Positions 24,507 through 28,305 of a stretch of DNA of 28,305 bases are shown in pieces. Position 1 is the stretch's first letter, and each line of letters opens with the position of its first letter. The translations under genes were made by a program, and so were the position numbers. The notes beneath the pieces are model-generated. The model did no database searches. It was not told where the DNA came from and worked only from the letters and a program-made list of their open reading frames with translations. Origin of the DNA: Elusimicrobiota bacterium (GTDB lineage: Bacteria; Elusimicrobiota; Elusimicrobia; UBA1565); assembly GCA_043827405.1 (NCBI GenBank), contig JBDRPD010000107.1:1-28305 (forward strand), read 5' to 3'.

Positions 24507-26609
24507 ATGAGGCTCCCATCCCCCTCGATCTTGCTGCGGCTCATCGTGGCGGCCGTGGTGGGGATGGGAGTAGTCGTCACGTCCGCGGCACCGTGCCACA
24601 GCGATGCGTCCGCCCCCCCGAGTGAGAGGCTGTTTTCCGCGGACTATACCATCCGCCGGGAAGCGCGGGAGGAGCTTGGCAAATTGGACGATAAGGCGAG
24701 GGAGAAACTCGTCCCGACTCTCGTCGAGGTGCTTCGCCATGGAGAGGGCGACATCCGTACGACCGCCGCGATGGCATTGAGGGAAATAGGCCCGCCGGCA
24801 AAAGACGCGGTCCCCGCGCTCATTGAAGCCTCGCAGGCTCAGGATTTGCTCTTGCGTAAACTGGCCCTCGAGGCGCTGGGCAGGATCGCGCCGACATCGG
24901 AGGCGACCGTTTCCATTCTCATCCGAGCCCTGAAAGACGACCATGTCAGCGACACCGCCGCCGAGGTTTTGGGGAGCATCGGTCCTCCGGCGAAAGACGC
25001 CGTTCCCGCGCTCATCGAGGTGCTGCAGGGTGGCGACGGCGTCCGCGGCTATGCCGCCGAGGCTCTTGGGAATATCGGCCCGGCGGCCGAAGCCGCCATC
25101 CCGGATCTCATTTGGGTCTTGCGGCGCACCGGCAATCGCGATCAGGCGGCGGATGCGCTGGTGAAGATCGGCCCGGCCGTGGTCCCGGCTGTTATCACGG
25201 CGATGGGGGAGATGGAGAGGGATCCCAAGGTCAAAAGGGGGCTTCTTAAAGTGCTGGGGAAGCTCGGTCCCGCGGCGCAAGAGGCCATCCCCGCGCTCGT
25301 GCGCTCACTGCAGGACGATTCCATTCACGGCAGCGTCGTATGGGCGCTAGGCCGGATCGGTCCGGCGGCCATCCCGGTCCTCGTTGAGGCCCTGGCAGAC
25401 GAGGATAACAATCACCGGTATAGCGTCGTGACGGCGCTCGGTGAGATGGGCGCGGCATCCGTCCCCGCACTCATCGGGGCTTTACAGAACGGCGACCGCA
25501 ATATCCGCGATGGGGCGGTCAGAGCCTTGGAAGACATCGGCCCGGCGGCTAAAGACGCTGTTCCTGCGCTCATTCGGTCGCTGAAGGATGAAGACTCCTT
25601 CGTCCGTCTGCTGACGGCCGACGCCTTGGCGAGTATAGGTCCTGCGGCGAGGGACGCCGTACCCGCCCTCAGGCAGGTCTTGGCGGGCAATGAACCGAAC
25701 GTCCGGGACTTCGCCCGCAAGGCGCTAAAAGCCATCGAGAACGAGGAATACGCGCTCCCGCTCGACCGCGCGGCCTCCTCCTTGGCGAAGATCGAACCGA
25801 CGGCCGGGAAAGAGGATATCCCCGCTCTGGTCAAAAATTTGCAAGACGCGAATTGGCATGTGCGCTCGTCGGCCGTAGATAGTCTGTCGAAGTTCGGACC
25901 GACGGCCGTCCCCGTTCTCATCATGGTCTTGAGAGACCGTCATTGGCGCGTCCGCTCGTCCGCCGCCCGGACACTGGCGTGGATGGGCCCGGCCGCAAGT
26001 GAGGCGGTCCCCGCTCTCGGACAGGCTCTGGGCGACGCTCACGACCAGGTCCGCGACGGAGCCGTAGCCGCGCTGTTGAAAATGGGCCCGGCCGCGAAAG
26101 AGGTCGTCCCGACGCTCATTAGGGCCTTGGACGATGAAAGCTGGACCGTGCGCAGCACGGCCGCCGAAGCCTTGGGGAGTATCGGACCGCCGGCCGAGGA
26201 GGCCGTTCCCTCTTTGATGCGCGCCCTGAGATACGAACCGCCCGCCGGCCGCCAGACCGGCATTGCGTGCGCGGGGACCTCCGCCGAGGGACAGGAGCAG
26301 ACCGAATGGTCCTGCTCCTCCGACCCGGATTCCAACTGGGAAAGCGACGTCGTGGTCATCCGCAGGACGGCGGCCCAGGCATTAGGAAACATCGGTCCTC
26401 AGGCGAGGCCTGCCGTTCCCCTGCTCATCAAGTCCTTACAGGACGCTCATCCCAAAGTTCGTCGTCAAGCGGCCGCGGCTCTCGGGAAGATCGGTCCGGC
26501 GGCGAGGAGCGCCGTCCCCGCCCTGACGGATGCGTTGAAGGATGAGGACGCCGGCGTCCGGGAGAACGCCGGGAGAGCCTTGCGGGAGATACGGACGATA
26601 CCTGAATAG
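24507..26609 (+). CDS. Secreted/membrane-anchored HEAT (PBS-lyase-like) repeat protein
   Basis: Hydrophobic N-terminus and roughly 18 repeats of VR.AA.AL..IGP.A..AVPAL...L.D. TACACT (24495-24500) lies 6 nt before the ATG. Confidence 0.88.
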   Translation: MRLPSPSILLRLIVAAVVGMGVVVTSAAPCHSDASAPPSERLFSADYTIRREAREELGKLDDKAREKLVPTLVEVLRHGEGDIRTTAAMALREIGPPAKDAVPALIEASQAQDLLLRKLALEALGRIAPTSEATVSILIRALKDDHVSDTAAEVLGSIGPPAKDAVPALIEVLQGGDGVRGYAAEALGNIGPAAEAAIPDLIWVLRRTGNRDQAADALVKIGPAVVPAVITAMGEMERDPKVKRGLLKVLGKLGPAAQEAIPALVRSLQDDSIHGSVVWALGRIGPAAIPVLVEALADEDNNHRYSVVTALGEMGAASVPALIGALQNGDRNIRDGAVRALEDIGPAAKDAVPALIRSLKDEDSFVRLLTADALASIGPAARDAVPALRQVLAGNEPNVRDFARKALKAIENEEYALPLDRAASSLAKIEPTAGKEDIPALVKNLQDANWHVRSSAVDSLSKFGPTAVPVLIMVLRDRHWRVRSSAARTLAWMGPAASEAVPALGQALGDAHDQVRDGAVAALLKMGPAAKEVVPTLIRALDDESWTVRSTAAEALGSIGPPAEEAVPSLMRALRYEPPAGRQTGIACAGTSAEGQEQTEWSCSSDPDSNWESDVVVIRRTAAQALGNIGPQARPAVPLLIKSLQDAHPKVRRQAAAALGKIGPAARSAVPALTDALKDEDAGVRENAGRALREIRTIPE

Positions 26610-26918
26610 GCGAGTGTTCATGCTCGGCCCCGACGTCGGCAGTTTGATTGGGATCGCTCGGAAGTCCGGTCACTCGTCCGCTATCGGCCGAGTGGGGCCG
26701 TGGGATCGAGACAGAGCCCCTGCGCTATGGTTTCTGGGCCTTGACCGAAGCTCGGGAGGGCCGGCGGGTTGCGCGCTGGCTGGGGGGGCTCTAATGTTTC
26801 CTACAAGTTGTACTGTCGGGTAGCCTTACTTGTAAGGATTGTCGCCACGGGACTAAAAGACAACGGCAGACTTATCCGCTATGTAGGTGAATTGGATCAT
26901 GGTTCCTCTGCCGTGGAG

Positions 26919-27653
26919 CTATTCGTTGTTGAGTGGACGGGCGAGCTCTTTTTGCATGTCCTTCAGGGCGGCATTCATCGCGCGTTCCATCAAGGACGAG
27001 TATCCTTTGACATCGTGTCCCCAGTTGTAATAGAAGCCTTGCCAGACACGAAAACTATCGGTATGTGCAAACTCCCAAATTAAATCTCCCGTCTTAACGT
27101 TCTTTAATTCAAGCTTAACTATAAAATCGCTCGTGCTTAGGCCTGCAGGCAAGCCGAGTAGCCAGAGGTACGGACCAGCTATCGAAAGCCCGTATGTTAT
27201 TACCTTGCCATTCCATTTTGTGGAAATGACCGTGCCAGTAAGTATCAAGTCAGCCCTATCCTTCTCTCCTCCGAAGGTGAAAAAGACATCCTTGAACAAT
27301 CCTGACCGTCGAATGCTTGTGGCGGCAGCTTTGGCCAGGTCTTCCGAAACATCGAATTGGAACTCGCGAACAGTGTTGAAAAAACGAGCGGCATCGGGTC
27401 GTTCATAAGTCATCCACCCATAGGGCATCAGGGGAACGAAGGAAAAGAAATATGTTCCCATTTGATTAATGTCACTTCGCCCTTCTTCAAATGGCATCAC
27501 GGCCACGACTAGGTTGTGGGTGGGCTTATCTGAAAGGCGAACGAGATTGGAGACTTTGTTCGGATAAACGAATTTTGCTGTCGTCCCGCACCCTGCGCTC
27601 GCAAGTATGCCGAGGACCAATAGGTTTATTGCCCGGAAACTGTTGTAGCGCAT
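26919..27653 (-). CDS. Hypothetical lipoprotein in a lower-GC segment
   Basis: MRYNSFRAINLLVLGILASAGC lipobox-like. AGGGGG SD before ATG27653. VVAVMPFEEGR and ADLILTGTV are typical of alpha/beta envelope lipoproteins. Confidence 0.75.
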   Translation of the reverse strand: MRYNSFRAINLLVLGILASAGCGTTAKFVYPNKVSNLVRLSDKPTHNLVVAVMPFEEGRSDINQMGTYFFSFVPLMPYGWMTYERPDAARFFNTVREFQFDVSEDLAKAAATSIRRSGLFKDVFFTFGGEKDRADLILTGTVISTKWNGKVITYGLSIAGPYLWLLGLPAGLSTSDFIVKLELKNVKTGDLIWEFAHTDSFRVWQGFYYNWGHDVKGYSSLMERAMNAALKDMQKELARPLNNE

Positions 27654-28017
27654 CGCGACCCCCTGGAGGCCTGATTCATTCTCGACATCCAATAGCACGT
27701 AATAAATGGTTTGGCTTAGTATTAGGTACTAAGAGATTCTGATTTAGTCAATGGGTCAATCTGATGTGGAGTAGAGAGGGAGCAGGGTGGTGAATAGTCA
27801 CCTTGGGAGACTCAGCGTGCTATCTTGCTGATGGTGGGAGACGTCGCGTTATGTATATTACTCCCCACTTTCCCCGATTCTAGTCCAAGCTAACCCTGAC
27901 TCGCCGATGTATCCAAAGGAATCCTCTCGGCTAAGGACCTCGCTGGTCATCGCTGGCGGTTACCCCGCCGCAATGAGAACTGCTGCATCGCTGAAGCCTC
28001 TTGCCCGAGTACTGCGC

Positions 28018-28188
28018 TCAATCGAGTTCTCCATCTGCGATCCTCTTCCGTATCTTTCGGACGATGTCCCGGAGGTGCACTATATCTTTTCCGGTGGGAT
28101 CCTCTGAGTGATGCAGGCTCCGCAACCCGAAGAAAAGGCATGTTCGCAGTTCGGTAAGCGTCCCATTTGAGCGCGACTTGGCGATCTC
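28018..28188 (-). pseudogene. 3' remnant of an unknown gene, cut by the duplicated block
   Basis: Open frame of 56 sense codons, EIAKSRSNGTLTELRTCLFFGLRSLHHSEDPTGKDIVHLRDIVRKIRKRIADGELD*. It looks protein-like, has no start of its own and begins at the repeat boundary. Confidence 0.45.
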
Positions 28189-28305
28189 CGCGCACTTCTT
28201 GGGCCGGGGTCACGCCGAATAGGACGCGACCGCCCCGGTGGTTGAGCATGGCGCAGATCGTCCTTGCGGCATCCGTGCGCCGGCCGGTCGTGCTCTTAAA
28301 CTCCT
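28188..28305 (-). pseudogene. Truncated second copy of the AlbA_2 gene 5' part (repeat copy 2)
   Basis: Identical to 23808-23925 (encodes EFKSTTGRR...VTPAQEVRG), then diverges. Continues to the window end. Confidence 0.85.

Larger units (their letters stand above)
24115..28305. mobile_element. Putative degenerate integrative element/genomic islet at tRNA-Leu (right end outside the window, no integrase seen)
   Basis: Broken tRNA at the left edge, repeated motifs, a lower-GC segment, a gene remnant and a duplicated AlbA 5' block at the right edge. Confidence 0.55.

Noticed and set aside
752..25280. Many long antisense or alternate-frame ORFs (e.g. 752-2041, 2745-4295, 16360-17667, 18039-19919, 24198-25280)
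   Set aside because: They are shadows of well-supported genes in high-GC DNA and have no recognisable motifs.
1..28305. Genome-wide TAG reassignment (alternative genetic code)
   Set aside because: fumC, the desulfurase, tpx and the HEAT gene all end in TAG at expected family lengths, and no conserved gene has an internal TAG.

Overview
GC-rich bacterial chromosomal window. Porin, lipoprotein and signal peptides indicate a diderm cell. The abundance of secreted HEAT-repeat and orphan proteins and HxsC-like radical SAMs is reminiscent of Elusimicrobiota-type genomes (inference only). 1-7.1 kb holds a secreted OB-fold-like protein with an in-frame TAG at codon 3, fumC, a lipoprotein-type SlyD/FKBP, a HEAT/Cys-rich secreted protein, a Na+:solute symporter and a prephenate dehydrogenase-chorismate mutase fusion. 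7.2-11.9 kb holds a divergent trio of radical SAM genes and a secreted protein that resembles two Ig-like domains of the thaumarchaeal (Nitrosopumilus-type) S-layer protein. 12-21.6 kb is a same-strand run: moeB-moaD-amidohydrolase-FAD/2Fe-2S/Mo xanthine-dehydrogenase-family subunits-cysteine desulfurase-OprO/P porin, then Ni-SOD and tpx. 22.4-28.3 kb is an accessory region with an AlbA_2/HATPase_c_4/HTH gene, a tRNA-Leu(TAA) 5' half broken exactly after the anticodon loop and followed by repeated motifs, a long HEAT-repeat protein and a lower-GC lipoprotein. It ends in an exact 118-bp copy of the AlbA gene's 5' region 4380 bp downstream, which runs off the window edge. All family assignments come from motif recognition by eye; no searches were run.
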